Source: an uncultured Chloroflexia bacterium (GTDB lineage: Bacteria > Chloroflexota > Limnocylindria > Limnocylindrales > CSP1-4). From it: a stretch of DNA of 64,000 nt. Within the stretch, counting starts at the first letter, position 1. Each line of letters begins with the position of its first letter. The translations under genes and the position numbers were made by a program. The stretch spans positions 160,001 to 224,000 of the forward strand of contig CAWFXA010000002.1 in the NCBI GenBank assembly GCA_963819655.1. The letters run 5' to 3'. The notes under the pieces are model-generated. The model was not told the origin of the DNA. It saw only the letters and a list, made by a program, of their open reading frames with translations, and made no database searches. Below are positions 10,239 to 20,170 of the stretch, one piece after another.

Positions 10239-11726
10239 ATGACCACCGAATTGCACGCGCCGGCCGGCGCGGACGCCCCCAGCACGACCCGCATGGTGAT
10301 CGGTGGCGAGTCCATCGACGCCGCCGAGGGCCAGACCTTCGACATCGTCAACCCCGCCACCGGGCAGACCGTGGCGACCGCCCCGCTCGGCGGTCGCGCC
10401 GACGTCGACCGCGCGGTGGCGGCCGCGCAGGCGGCGTTCGACGAGCGCAAGGGCTGGGCCAACTGGGCGGCCGGCAAGCGCGGCCGCACGCTTTCGAAGC
10501 TGGCCGATCTCATCAAGAAGAACAGCGAGGAACTCGCCTGGCTCGAGAGCCGCAACGGCGGCAAGCCCATCACGTCGGCCCGTGGCGAGATCATCGGCGC
10601 GAGTCTCGTGTTCGACTATTACGCGGGCGCCGCGAACAAGATCTACGGGCAGACGATCCCGGTATCGAAGCCCGGCATCGACCTGACCTTGCGCGAACCG
10701 ATCGGCGTCGTGGGGCTCATCGTCCCGTGGAACTTCCCACTGCTGATGGCCGCCTGGAAGGTGGCGCCGGCGCTGGCCGCGGGCAATGCCGCGATCCTGA
10801 AGCCCGCGTCGTACACGCCGCTGACCGCGCTCCGCCTCGGCGAGCTCGCGCTGGAAGCCGGTGTGCCGGCCGGGATCCTCAACGTCGTGACTGGCCCCGG
10901 CGGCACCGTCGGCGCGTCGATCGCGGCCCATCCGGGCATCGGCAAGGTGGCGTTCACCGGCGAGACGACGACGGGCCAAGAGATCATGCGGCTCGCCTCG
11001 GCCAACGTGAAGAAGATCTCGCTCGAGCTCGGCGGCAAGAGCCCGAACATCGTGTTCGCCGATGCGGACCTCGAGAAGTTCGCCAAGGAATTGCCATACA
11101 GCGTCTTCGACAACGCGGGGCAGGACTGCTGCGCCCGCAGCCGCATCCTCGTCGAGCGATCGGCCCACGAGCGGGTCGTCGAGCTGTTCGCCGAGGCGAC
11201 CCGCAACGTCAAGGTCGGCGATCCGGCCGACGATGCGACCGAGGTCGGGCCGCTGGTCAGCGCCAAGCAGCGCGACAAGGTCAAGGACTACATCGAGATC
11301 GGTCTGGGCGAGGGCGCCACGCTCGTGGTGGGCGGCACGCCACCCGAGGATCCGGCCTTGGCCGCTGGGGCGTATCTCCTTCCGACGGTGTTCGACGGCG
11401 TCGACAACGACATGCGCATCGCGCGCGAGGAGATCTTCGGTCCGGTGGTCTCGATCATCCCGTTCGACACGGAAGAGGAGGCGCTGAAGCTCGCCAACGC
11501 GACACCGTACGGCCTGTCGGGCTCCATCTGGAGTCGCGATATCGGCAAGGCGATGCGCGCCGCGAAGGCCCTCCAGTCGGGCGTGATCAGCATCAACTCG
11601 AACAGCTCGGTCCATACCGAGGCGCCGTTCGGGGGGTACAAGATGTCGGGCATCGGCCGCGAACTCGGGATGGCCGCGCTCGACCTGTACACGGAGACCA
11701 AGAACGTCTTCATCGACATCAGCTGA
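10239..11726 (+). CDS. Aldehyde dehydrogenase (probably gamma-glutamyl-aminoaldehyde type)
   Basis: [18 protein letters not shown], catalytic Cys in AGQDCCA, EEIFGP. Confidence 0.93.
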   Translation: MTTELHAPAGADAPSTTRMVIGGESIDAAEGQTFDIVNPATGQTVATAPLGGRADVDRAVAAAQAAFDERKGWANWAAGKRGRTLSKLADLIKKNSEELAWLESRNGGKPITSARGEIIGASLVFDYYAGAANKIYGQTIPVSKPGIDLTLREPIGVVGLIVPWNFPLLMAAWKVAPALAAGNAAILKPASYTPLTALRLGELALEAGVPAGILNVVTGPGGTVGASIAAHPGIGKVAFTGETTTGQEIMRLASANVKKISLELGGKSPNIVFADADLEKFAKELPYSVFDNAGQDCCARSRILVERSAHERVVELFAEATRNVKVGDPADDATEVGPLVSAKQRDKVKDYIEIGLGEGATLVVGGTPPEDPALAAGAYLLPTVFDGVDNDMRIAREEIFGPVVSIIPFDTEEEALKLANATPYGLSGSIWSRDIGKAMRAAKALQSGVISINSNSSVHTEAPFGGYKMSGIGRELGMAALDLYTETKNVFIDIS

Positions 11727-11835
11727 TCGGGAGGACGGGGCTGAGCCGCCGCAGGCGACGAGCTTCCACGCCCGGGTCGAACCGCCCGGACGGGGTCGCC
11801 GTGGACGCGGGGCGCTGGCGCTCGCCGGCTGGGTC

Positions 11836-12360
11836 GTGGGGCTGGGCGCGGTCATCGCCGTGGCAACACAAGGCGGGGCTCCCTCGCCCCCCAGTGCGCA
11901 TCCCGGCGCGGTCGTGAGCTCGCCGCCTCCGTCGGGCCTACTCGTCGGTCAACGCCATCTCGCGCTCGATCAGCCGGCGCGACGCGACGATGTCGTGGTC
12001 ACGCGCGAGCTGATCGTGCGCGGCCGGGTCGCCCGATCGGCAGGATCGGTGCGGATCATCCTGGAATCTCGCGGCGGGAAGCCGATCGCGACAGCCGCCA
12101 TCGATCCGACCGGCGGCGGGCATGGCGACTGGATCCCCTTCGAGAGCCGTTTCCAGCTGCCCTTCCCGCGTCCGAGCGGCGACATGATCCTGTTCCTCAT
12201 CGCGGTCGATGAGGACGGCATCCCGATCGACGCGATCCGACGACGCTTCTCGATGGGCGCGATCCTCGATATCCCGGGAACAGGGCCCCGCGGGTCGAAA
12301 GGCGAGGACGGCGTGATGGGCGGGATCCCATTCGGGACGAACTTCCGGACGGGGGCCTGA
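11836..12360 (+). CDS. Hypothetical membrane-anchored protein, possible Gmad2-like Ig domain; start uncertain
   Basis: Hydrophobic N-terminal segment, Pro-rich linker, beta-rich domain (LIVRGRV..GDWIPFE). Confidence 0.5.
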   Translation: MGLGAVIAVATQGGAPSPPSAHPGAVVSSPPPSGLLVGQRHLALDQPARRDDVVVTRELIVRGRVARSAGSVRIILESRGGKPIATAAIDPTGGGHGDWIPFESRFQLPFPRPSGDMILFLIAVDEDGIPIDAIRRRFSMGAILDIPGTGPRGSKGEDGVMGGIPFGTNFRTGA

Positions 12361-12363
12361 GCC

Positions 12364-12978
12364 TCAGAACCCCCGGTCGACCGGCGGCCACGTGACGTCC
12401 GGCCGCCGCCGGTCCAGCCAGTCGCGCAGCATCCACATCGTCGTCCGGAACGCGAGCTCCGGCCAGGGGATCGCCGCCGGGTCGAACGTGGCGATCTCGA
12501 GCGCCTCGCGCGTCGGCGTCGGGCTGCCACCGACCACCCGCGCCTCGAACGCGATGGTCACGACGGCGGCCTCGAGCCGCGTGTACAGGCCGATGATCTC
12601 GCCCGGCTCGACGAGCAGCCCCGTCTCCTCGAGGGTCTCGCGGATCGCCGCCTCGTGGACCGTCTCATCGACCTCGAGGAAGCCGCCCGGTTGCGCCCAT
12701 GCGCCGCGGCCCGGCTCGATGCCCCGCCGCAACAGGACCAGCTGACCGTCGTCGGTGATCGGGAGCGTCGTGACCACGAGTCGCGGATTGACGTAGGCGA
12801 TGTGGCCGCAGGCGGCGCACGACAGACGGTCTCGGTCCTCGCCGTCGATGGTGCCGAGGTTCAGCGCACTTCCGCAGTTCGAGCAGAAGTTCAGCGATCG
12901 AGCGATCCACGTCGGGACGCCCCTGCCGGAGGCGAGATCCGTCGAGCGGCCGTCCGGCCCTCGGTCGTAGCCGTCCAC
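12364..12978 (-). CDS. NUDIX hydrolase with N-terminal zinc ribbon
   Basis: FCSNCG..CAACG and Nudix box GGFLEVDETVHEAAIRETLEETG. Confidence 0.92.
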   Translation of the reverse strand: MDGYDRGPDGRSTDLASGRGVPTWIARSLNFCSNCGSALNLGTIDGEDRDRLSCAACGHIAYVNPRLVVTTLPITDDGQLVLLRRGIEPGRGAWAQPGGFLEVDETVHEAAIRETLEETGLLVEPGEIIGLYTRLEAAVVTIAFEARVVGGSPTPTREALEIATFDPAAIPWPELAFRTTMWMLRDWLDRRRPDVTWPPVDRGF

Positions 12979-12981
12979 CGC

Positions 12982-13407
12982 CTAGGCGAGCAGCACGACG
13001 ACGCCCACACCGACCAGCGCGAGGAGACCGACCACGCTCACCGCCACCCACGCCAGCCGGAACAGGCCCTTGCCGCGATCGACCGGCATCCACGCCCACG
13101 CCGAGCGCCAGATGCGCACGATCGCGTCCGATGTCGTGATCACGAGGAGGGGTGCCGCGATGGCCACACACAGCTTGATGAGGGGGTCGCCAAGCCGCGC
13201 CCCGAGGTTCAGCGCTGTGATCGCGATGAAGCCCGCGATGAGGACCGGTACCGACAGGTTGATGTAGTGCTTCTGGAGAGGCGTCGGGGCGACTTCAGGG
13301 ACCGACCGCGGCGGAAGGCCCCGGAGGCTGGGCGGCAGGGTCGTCGTCGGGTGCGCGGCCTGGCGATCGAGCACGGGCATCCCGGGCTCCCAGCGGTCGT
13401 CATCCAT
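12982..13407 (-). CDS. Hypothetical membrane protein
   Basis: Three hydrophobic segments; -10-like TACACT shortly upstream of the ATG. Confidence 0.7.
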   Translation of the reverse strand: MDDDRWEPGMPVLDRQAAHPTTTLPPSLRGLPPRSVPEVAPTPLQKHYINLSVPVLIAGFIAITALNLGARLGDPLIKLCVAIAAPLLVITTSDAIVRIWRSAWAWMPVDRGKGLFRLAWVAVSVVGLLALVGVGVVVLLA

Positions 13408-13963
13408 CTTGCCCGGCAGTGTAGTCGCGGTTGCCGAAGCCCTACAGCAGCCGGTCCTCGGGGGCGTCCGCCGGTTCCACGATCGACGCACAGGTCGGGC
13501 AGATGGCGCACGCGGACAGACCCCTGCGGGCGTGAACGACGCGTCTCAGGACGACCTTGTGGCCAGTTCAGTTGTCAGAATCGGCCGGTACCAGCTCCCG
13601 CTCATCTCGTCCGTGCGCCGATCGTGCGTGAACGACCAATGTGCCGGACTTGTCGGCCGCGCGAGACCATCTCAGACCAGACTTGATGTTGCCCTGAACC
13701 GCGTACTTCATGGTCGAGTCGCAGGGCGCACCTCCAGGGCGAATCGGCGAATACCCGCGCGCGAGACCGGGCGGGCTGATGTTCGCCCCGTATCGCCGGC
13801 TCATCGCGCTCCGCCTGACGATCATCTTTGGGGCGATAGCGGTGATGTTCACCGGCGCTCTCGTGGCGGCCAGACGCTGCTCGACCTTGGCCTGCAGCTC
13901 GCCGAGCATCGCTCCGTGACGCCGTCGGGCGCAATCCTCACGACCTAGCGGCGGTCGTCGGGG

Positions 13964-14464
13964 TCAGATCGCGGCGTTCGAGGGATCGTCCATCACGGCT
14001 GCGGTCTGCCGGGACCGCCAGTCGGCCAATCGAGTCGCGAGCTCCTCGTCGCCGAGTGCGAGGATCGCTGCCGCGAGCAGCGCGGCATTCACGGCGTTGC
14101 CGATGGCGACCGTGGCGACCGGGACCCCGCGTGGCATCTGGACGATCGACAGCAGCGAATCGAGCCCGCCGAGATGCTTCGTGGGGATCGGGACGCCGAT
14201 GACAGGCAGCATCGTCTTCGCGGCGAGCATCCCGGGCAGGTGCGCGGCGCCGCCGGCACCGGCCACGATCACCCGGATCCCGCGGGCCGCGGCGTCCTCC
14301 GCATATCGGAAGAGGAGGTCGGGCGTGCGGTGTGCCGAGACGACTCGCAGCTCGGCCGGGACCCCGAGCTCCGTGAGGACCGCGACCGCCTCCTCCAGGA
14401 CCGGGAAGTCCGACCGGCTGCCGCCGACCACGCCCACGAGGGGTGCGTCGTCCTGCGCGGTCAT
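13964..14464 (-). CDS. purE: N5-carboxyaminoimidazole ribonucleotide mutase
   Basis: [40 protein letters not shown]. Confidence 0.97.
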   Translation of the reverse strand: MTAQDDAPLVGVVGGSRSDFPVLEEAVAVLTELGVPAELRVVSAHRTPDLLFRYAEDAAARGIRVIVAGAGGAAHLPGMLAAKTMLPVIGVPIPTKHLGGLDSLLSIVQMPRGVPVATVAIGNAVNAALLAAAILALGDEELATRLADWRSRQTAAVMDDPSNAAI

Positions 14465-16206
14465 GGCTGCTCGTCCGCGGCAGCTCCGTCCGCGGTGCCG
14501 GCGTCGTCGTCGTCGCGCCAGGTCAGCAGCTCGACCGCGGCGCGGGCGCGCGACAGCGCGTCGTCGGTGGTGGCGCCCATGGCCGTCACGTGGCCCATCT
14601 TGCGGCGTTCGAAGACCTGCTGCTTGTCGTAGAGGTGGAGGTGGACGTCCGGATCGGCCATGGCCCGGGCGAGGCCGAGGCCATCGAGCTGCGCCGGCCG
14701 GGAGCGCCCCGTACCGAGCAGGTTGACGGTGGCAGCGTTGCCGAGCGGCTCGGTCGACCCGAGGTCGAGACCGCAGATGGCGCGGATGTGCTGCTCGAAC
14801 TGCGACGTCGCCACCCCCTCGATCGTCCAGTGGCCGCTGTTATGGACGCGTGGCGCGAGCTCGTTCACCACGAGCCGGCCGTCGGGCATGAGGAACAACT
14901 CGACGGTCAGCGTGCCGGTCACGCCGATCGTCACCGCGAGGCGCTCGCCGAGTGACACCGCGAGCTCGGCGACGTCGCGGTCGACCGATGCCGGGGCGAC
15001 ACTCTCGACGAGGATGCCCCCGTCGTGGCGATTGCACGCGAGCGGGTACGTGGCGATCCCACCGAACGTGGAGCGCGCCACGACGATCGACAGCTCGGCC
15101 TGGAATGCAAGCTCGGTTTCGGCGAGCAGCGACTCGCCGGCCGGACGGCCGACGCGTTCGAGAGCATCGTCGAGCTCCGACGGATCGGTGAGCCGGAGCT
15201 GACCGCGCCCGTCGTACCCGCCGGTGGCGACCTTGAGTCGGAGCGGCAGGCCGAGCTCATCGGCCGCTGCCCGCAGGCCGTCGGTATCGCGGATCTCGCG
15301 CCACGGCGCGACCGTGGCCCCCGCCGTCTCGAGGAAACGACGCTCCGCGATCCGGTCCTGCGTGACGTGCAGCGGCAGGCGCCCGGGCCGGACCGGTCGC
15401 GACGCCTCGACCGCGTCGACGACCTCTACGGCGACGTGCTCGAGCTCGTAGGTGACCACGTCGCTGAGCTCCGCCAGCCGTAGCGCTCCGCCCACGTCGT
15501 CGTAGCCGGCGACGACCATCCGATCGGCGAGGGCCGCCGCCGGACAAGCCGGGTCCGGGTCGAGCACGGCGATCCGATAGCCCATGGCCCGCGCGGCGAG
15601 GGCGAGCATCCGGCCGAGCTGACCACCGCCCAGGATCCCGATCGTGCCCGGCGGCACGATCGGTTTGCGCTCGACGCCAAGCCTCCTGTGGACGTCGGCG
15701 ATCCAGGCCTGCTTGCGGTACGTGTACTCGGGAGTGGTGTCGAGCGGGCCGCCGGCCACGATCCCGCTCTTCAGCATCGCGTATCCCTCGACGAGGGCCG
15801 GGTCGGCAAGCAGCGCATCGCGGAACGCCAGGTCCCGGCTCAACTCCTCGCGGTCGGGCAGCACATGGAGGTGGATGCGGAACGTCGTGCCGGCACGGAC
15901 CATCGAGCCGACCAGCATCGGCCGGCTGGGCGGCCACGGATCGGGTCCGGGTTGTGGTCCGAACCCGAGCTCGCGGAGCAAAGCCGCCAGGACCGGCACG
16001 TCGTCCGGCGTCGTGGCGACCGCCAGGTCGACGATGCCTTTGCCGGGCAGCCCGGGGACTGCCGTGCTGCCGATGTGCTCGACGGCCAGGTCAGGCCGGC
16101 GCTCGCGGATGAGCTCGCTGACCGCCGTCGCCACCTCGACTGTCCTCGGGTCCCACGGCTCGACGGTCGCAGGCAGTCGAACGTAGGGCCCGATCGGCGG
16201 GTTCAC
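14461..16206 (-). CDS. purK: GrpB/UPF0157-domain fused to N5-CAIR synthetase PurK
   Basis: N-terminal [29 protein letters not shown] (GrpB), then [37 protein letters not shown] (PurK), in one uninterrupted ORF. Confidence 0.9.
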   Translation of the reverse strand: MNPPIGPYVRLPATVEPWDPRTVEVATAVSELIRERRPDLAVEHIGSTAVPGLPGKGIVDLAVATTPDDVPVLAALLRELGFGPQPGPDPWPPSRPMLVGSMVRAGTTFRIHLHVLPDREELSRDLAFRDALLADPALVEGYAMLKSGIVAGGPLDTTPEYTYRKQAWIADVHRRLGVERKPIVPPGTIGILGGGQLGRMLALAARAMGYRIAVLDPDPACPAAALADRMVVAGYDDVGGALRLAELSDVVTYELEHVAVEVVDAVEASRPVRPGRLPLHVTQDRIAERRFLETAGATVAPWREIRDTDGLRAAADELGLPLRLKVATGGYDGRGQLRLTDPSELDDALERVGRPAGESLLAETELAFQAELSIVVARSTFGGIATYPLACNRHDGGILVESVAPASVDRDVAELAVSLGERLAVTIGVTGTLTVELFLMPDGRLVVNELAPRVHNSGHWTIEGVATSQFEQHIRAICGLDLGSTEPLGNAATVNLLGTGRSRPAQLDGLGLARAMADPDVHLHLYDKQQVFERRKMGHVTAMGATTDDALSRARAAVELLTWRDDDDAGTADGAAADEQP

Positions 16207-16230
16207 CGGGCGAGTGTAGACTGCGCCCCC

Positions 16231-16869
16231 ATGAGACAGGTCATCGGCCGGCGTGCCCTCGAGGTGGACGTCGGCTAAGTCACCAGCCTGATCGCCCGGG
16301 CCGACCGGGTGGTCGTGGATATCGGCACGGGTGACGGCCGGGTCGTCCTGCTGCGGGCGGCGGCGGAGCCGACCGCACTCGTGGTCGGTGTCGACGCCGC
16401 TGCGTCGCGATGGCCGACACGTCCCGGCGCGCCGACCGGCGCGGCCCCACCAACGTGCTGTTCCTCGCCGCCGGCGCGGAGACCCTGGCCGACCTCACCG
16501 CTGGCCGGCCGCGCCGACCTCGTCACCGTGCGTTTCCCCTGGGGTTCGTTGCTGCGCGGGATCGTCGGTCTCGACGACGCGGCGCTGTGCGGCGTCGCGT
16601 CGCTCCTGGCCGAGGGCGGCCGACTGGAGGTGCTCGCGTCGGTCGTGCACGTTGGACGGGGTAACCGACATGCCATGTCTCGATGCCGAGGCGGAGCATG
16701 CGTCCGTCCCGCGTGGTCCGCGGCCGGGCTCGGGCTGACCGCGATGCGACCCGCGTCCGCGGCGGAGATTGAAGCGTCCGACTCGACTTGGGCACGACGC
16801 CTGCGGGCCGGCCGGGACACTCGCCCGGTCTGGCGGCTCGAGGGCACCCGCTCGGCTAGCATCGAGCGA
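16231..16869 (+). pseudogene. KamB/NpmA-family 16S rRNA (m1A1408) methyltransferase, disrupted as assembled
   Basis: MRQVIGRRALE, VVDIGTGDG, FPWGSLLRG, STWARRL. In-frame TAA at 16276-16278 and frameshifts near 16400-16500 and 16650-16700. Confidence 0.75.
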
Positions 16870-17962
16870 GTGACCCGGCCCATGCCCATCATCCTCGACG
16901 TCGACACCGGCATCGACGACAGCCTGGCGCTGCTGTACGCCGTCGCCTCACCCGAGGCGAACCTGGTCGCGGTGACGTGCGTGTCGGGCAACGTCAAAGC
17001 GCGCCAGGTGGCGACGAACACGCTGGCGGTGCTCGAACTTGCGGGACGGACGGACATCGAGGTCGCGATCGGGCGGAGGTGCCCCTCGTGCGACCACTCG
17101 AGACGACACCCGAGACACACGGGCCGCGCGGCATCGGGCATGCGCAGCTCCCGCCGCCCACCCGGCCGGTGGCCGACCGCCATGGGGTTGACTTGATCGT
17201 CGAGGAGACCCGCCGTCTCGCCGGTGAGATCACGCTGGTCACGCTCGGTCCGTTGACGAACCTCGCCCTGGCCCTCGAACGCGAGCCTGCCCTCCCCCGG
17301 CTGCTCCGCGGATACGTGTGCATGGGTGGGGCCTTCGGCGTGCCCGGCAACACGACCCCGACCAGCGAGTGGAACCTGCACTGCGACCCGGAGGCGGCAC
17401 GGATCGTGTTGCGCGCCTGGGCCGACGCGATCGGCGCCGATCCGTCGATCGCCGCGGCCGCTGGCCCTGGGACTCGACGTGACCGAGCTGGCCCGGATCA
17501 CACCCGACCACTTCGTCAGGCTGGCACGGCGGGCCGGCAGCACTCCGGACGAGTCGCTCGCCCCTGCCGGCCCGGAGGATCCGCTCGAAGCGGAACGGTC
17601 GGTCGCCTCCAACCCGATCGATCCGCTTCGTCGCCGACGCGCTCCGGTTCTACTTCGAGTTCCACCAGCGGTACGACGGGTTCTACGGCGCATTCATCCA
17701 CGATCCGCTTACCGTCGCGGCGGCCCTCGACCGAAGCCTGGTGACGAGCGAAGCGCTGTACGTCGACGTCGAGACCAGCGGTGAGCTGACGAGCGGCATG
17801 ACCGTCGCCGACCGGCGACACCTCACGGGCCATGCGCCCAACGTCGACGTGGCTGCGAGCGCGGACGCGGAGGCCTTCCTCGACCGCCTCATCGAACGAG
17901 TCGGCGATCTCGCCGCGAGCCGGTCGGGCGGAGGGGTCAACGTCAGCAGTCCATCCGGATAG
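16870..17962 (+). CDS. Inosine/uridine-preferring nucleoside hydrolase (about 3 frameshifts)
   Basis: IILDVDTGIDD, GPLTNLA, MGGAF..GN..SEWN..DPEAA, GLDVT, IHDP. Pieces join across frames near 17072, 17452 and 17620. Confidence 0.85.
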
Positions 17963-18027
17963 GGCCCGGAAAGCTCGTGCATGGCTAGGATGTCGCTGAC
18001 GGCGACGCTGTCGCTGAGAGCGACAGG

Positions 18028-18426
18028 CTAGCGCCCGCGCCCGACGACCAGCAGCAGGAACGACGTCTCGATCACGTCGATCCCGGCGATCACCGCGGCG
18101 ACGATCAGCGGCAACGGGTGAGCGAGCGCCCAGCCCGCAGCGGCGGCGAATGCCGCCACGGCAAGGAATGCGAGACGCACGCCACGGATGAGTCCCGCCA
18201 CATCGTCAGGCCCGGAGGCCGACATCCGAGCGATCGACCGGGCCAGCAGCATTGCCCCGAGCGCGACCGTGAGACCGACGAGCGCGGCGCGAACCAGGTT
18301 GGGCGGTGCCACCACCGCATCGAGCCAATCGCTGTTCGAGCCCACGACCGTCGCGGCGATCACGGCCAGGATCCCGAGGCCGATGGCGACGGCCGCGCCG
18401 ACGCGCGGGCGATCAGCCGGCGTCAT
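18028..18426 (-). CDS. Hypothetical membrane protein
   Basis: About four hydrophobic helices; ATGA overlap with the mec stop. Confidence 0.7.
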   Translation of the reverse strand: MTPADRPRVGAAVAIGLGILAVIAATVVGSNSDWLDAVVAPPNLVRAALVGLTVALGAMLLARSIARMSASGPDDVAGLIRGVRLAFLAVAAFAAAAGWALAHPLPLIVAAVIAGIDVIETSFLLLVVGRGR

Positions 18427-18885
18427 CCCTCGACGACGTCGATCGCGACCTCGTGGACGCTCTCGTCGACGATCCGCCACGCCCGGACGCTGGGCGTGCC
18501 GCTCGAGCGGGCCGCCTCGTCGGCGCTGAGCGACACGAGCACGTACAGCGCGTCCGGATAGAACGCGAGCCCGATGTCAGTCGGCGATGGCACGGCCGGT
18601 GTGTGGGTGTGCGAGTGGACGATGCCCCAGAACACCTCGTCCGCGTCGTCGGTAGCGATGGTCAGCCGGTACATGTCGTCGGGATGGATCTCGTACCGAT
18701 AGGGCGAGGCAGCCGCGTTGCGGGTCGGCTCGAAGCGCAGCGCTCAACCCCGCCGTCGGCCGCAGTCGACCCCGATGTAGTCCACACGCCTCGTTCGGAT
18801 AGCCGGCACGTGCGTGGTCGATGAGCGCCTGGATCATCGTCGCCGGCAGGGTGGCGGTCGCCGGCCCCGGATGAACGGGGCTCAC
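18423..18885 (-). CDS. mec: JAMM/M67 peptidase (CysO-cysteine peptidase Mec-like), frameshifted near 18745-18780
   Basis: YPNEACG and JAMM motif HSHTHTPAVPSPTD; directly downstream of cysM. Confidence 0.8.
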
Positions 18886-19895
18886 CACCAGTTGACACCA
18901 CCCTCGAGCGCGTCCTGCATCTCGTCGAAGTCGGTCGTGAAGGTGCCGGCCGACAGGTACTTCCAACCGCCGTCGGGCAGGAGAGCGACGATCGTGCCCT
19001 CGGACATCTTCGACGCTTCACGCGCAGCCGCGACGAGGACGGCCCCACATGACGGACCGGCGAAGATCCCCTCGCGGAAGACGAGCTCGCGCAGTGCGGT
19101 CAGCGCGTCGAGGTTCGAAACGAGGTACTTCGCGTCGATCGCGGTCGGGTCGAGGATCTCGGGGATGAAGCCGTCGTCGAGCGAGCGCAGGCCCTGGACC
19201 TTCTCGCCGGGCAGGGGTTCGGCGGCCACGATGCGGACACCGGGCTTGTGCTCGGCCAGGTAGCGCGACACACCCATGAGGGTCCCGCCCGTGCCGAGGC
19301 CGGCGACGAACACGTCGATCTCCGGGCAGTCGGCCAGGATCTCCGGGCCGGTCGTCTCGTAGTGCGCCAATGGGTTCGCCGGGTTGCCGTATTGGTACGG
19401 CATCACGAACCGCGCGTCCTTCGCGACGAGGTGCTTGGCCAGGGCGATGGCACCGTTCGATCCGAGCGCGCCGGGCGAATCGATCACCTCGGCACCGAAC
19501 AGCGCCGCCATCTGTCGCCGCTCGTTGGTGACGTTGTCGGGCATGACGAGCGCGACCCGGTAGCCCTTGCGCCGGCCGATCATCGCCAGCGCGATGCCGG
19601 TGTTGCCCGACGTCGGCTCGAGGATGATCGAGTCCTCGTGGAGCAGCCCGCGCTCCTCCAGGTCCTCGATGAGGTACTTGGCGGTGCGATCCTTCACGGA
19701 ACCGGTCGGGTTGTACATCTCGAGCTTGGCGAGGATGCGGACCGCCGGGTTCGGGCTCATCCGCGGGATCTCGACGAGCGGCGTGTGCCCGATCGCGTCG
19801 AGGATGTCCGCATAGCGACCGCCGTGCGGCGCGAGGTCCTCGTGGGCGTGGGTGTGGTCGTGACCGGCGTCGGCGACCCGCCACGGGACGGCCAC
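18882..19895 (-). CDS. cysM: PLP-dependent cysteine synthase (CysO-dependent CysM type)
   Basis: KLEMYNPTGSVKDR, EPTSGNTG, GLGTGGT, DGGWKYLS; operonic with cysO and mec. Confidence 0.9.
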   Translation of the reverse strand: MAVPWRVADAGHDHTHAHEDLAPHGGRYADILDAIGHTPLVEIPRMSPNPAVRILAKLEMYNPTGSVKDRTAKYLIEDLEERGLLHEDSIILEPTSGNTGIALAMIGRRKGYRVALVMPDNVTNERRQMAALFGAEVIDSPGALGSNGAIALAKHLVAKDARFVMPYQYGNPANPLAHYETTGPEILADCPEIDVFVAGLGTGGTLMGVSRYLAEHKPGVRIVAAEPLPGEKVQGLRSLDDGFIPEILDPTAIDAKYLVSNLDALTALRELVFREGIFAGPSCGAVLVAAAREASKMSEGTIVALLPDGGWKYLSAGTFTTDFDEMQDALEGGVNWW

Positions 19896-19897
19896 GC

Positions 19898-20170
19898 TCA
19901 GCCGCCGGCCATCGCCGGGAGCAGGCGGACCTCGTCGGTCTCGGCGACCGGCGTGTCGAGACCCGCCAGGTAGCGGACGTCCTGCCCGTTCACGTACACG
20001 TTGACGAACCGGTTCAGATCGCCTTCGTCGGTCAGCAGCTGGCCGCCGAGCGATGGATGACGTTCGACCAGGCCGTCGACGACGGACCGGATCGAGTCGC
20101 CGTCGACCTCCAGCGACTTGACGCCGCCGACATTCGGCCGGAGCACGGCCGGGATGAAGACCGTGCTCAC
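19898..20170 (-). CDS. cysO: Ubiquitin-like sulfur carrier (CysO/MoaD/ThiS)
   Basis: FVNVYVNGQDVRY and C-terminal LPAMAGG. Confidence 0.85.
   Translation of the reverse strand: MSTVFIPAVLRPNVGGVKSLEVDGDSIRSVVDGLVERHPSLGGQLLTDEGDLNRFVNVYVNGQDVRYLAGLDTPVAETDEVRLLPAMAGG

Noticed and set aside
16309-17196. Methyltransferase-nucleoside hydrolase fusion
   Set aside because: In frame only as assembled, in the most indel-rich stretch. A TAG in a neighbouring frame and a -10-like TAGCAT just before the hydrolase start suggest two genes.
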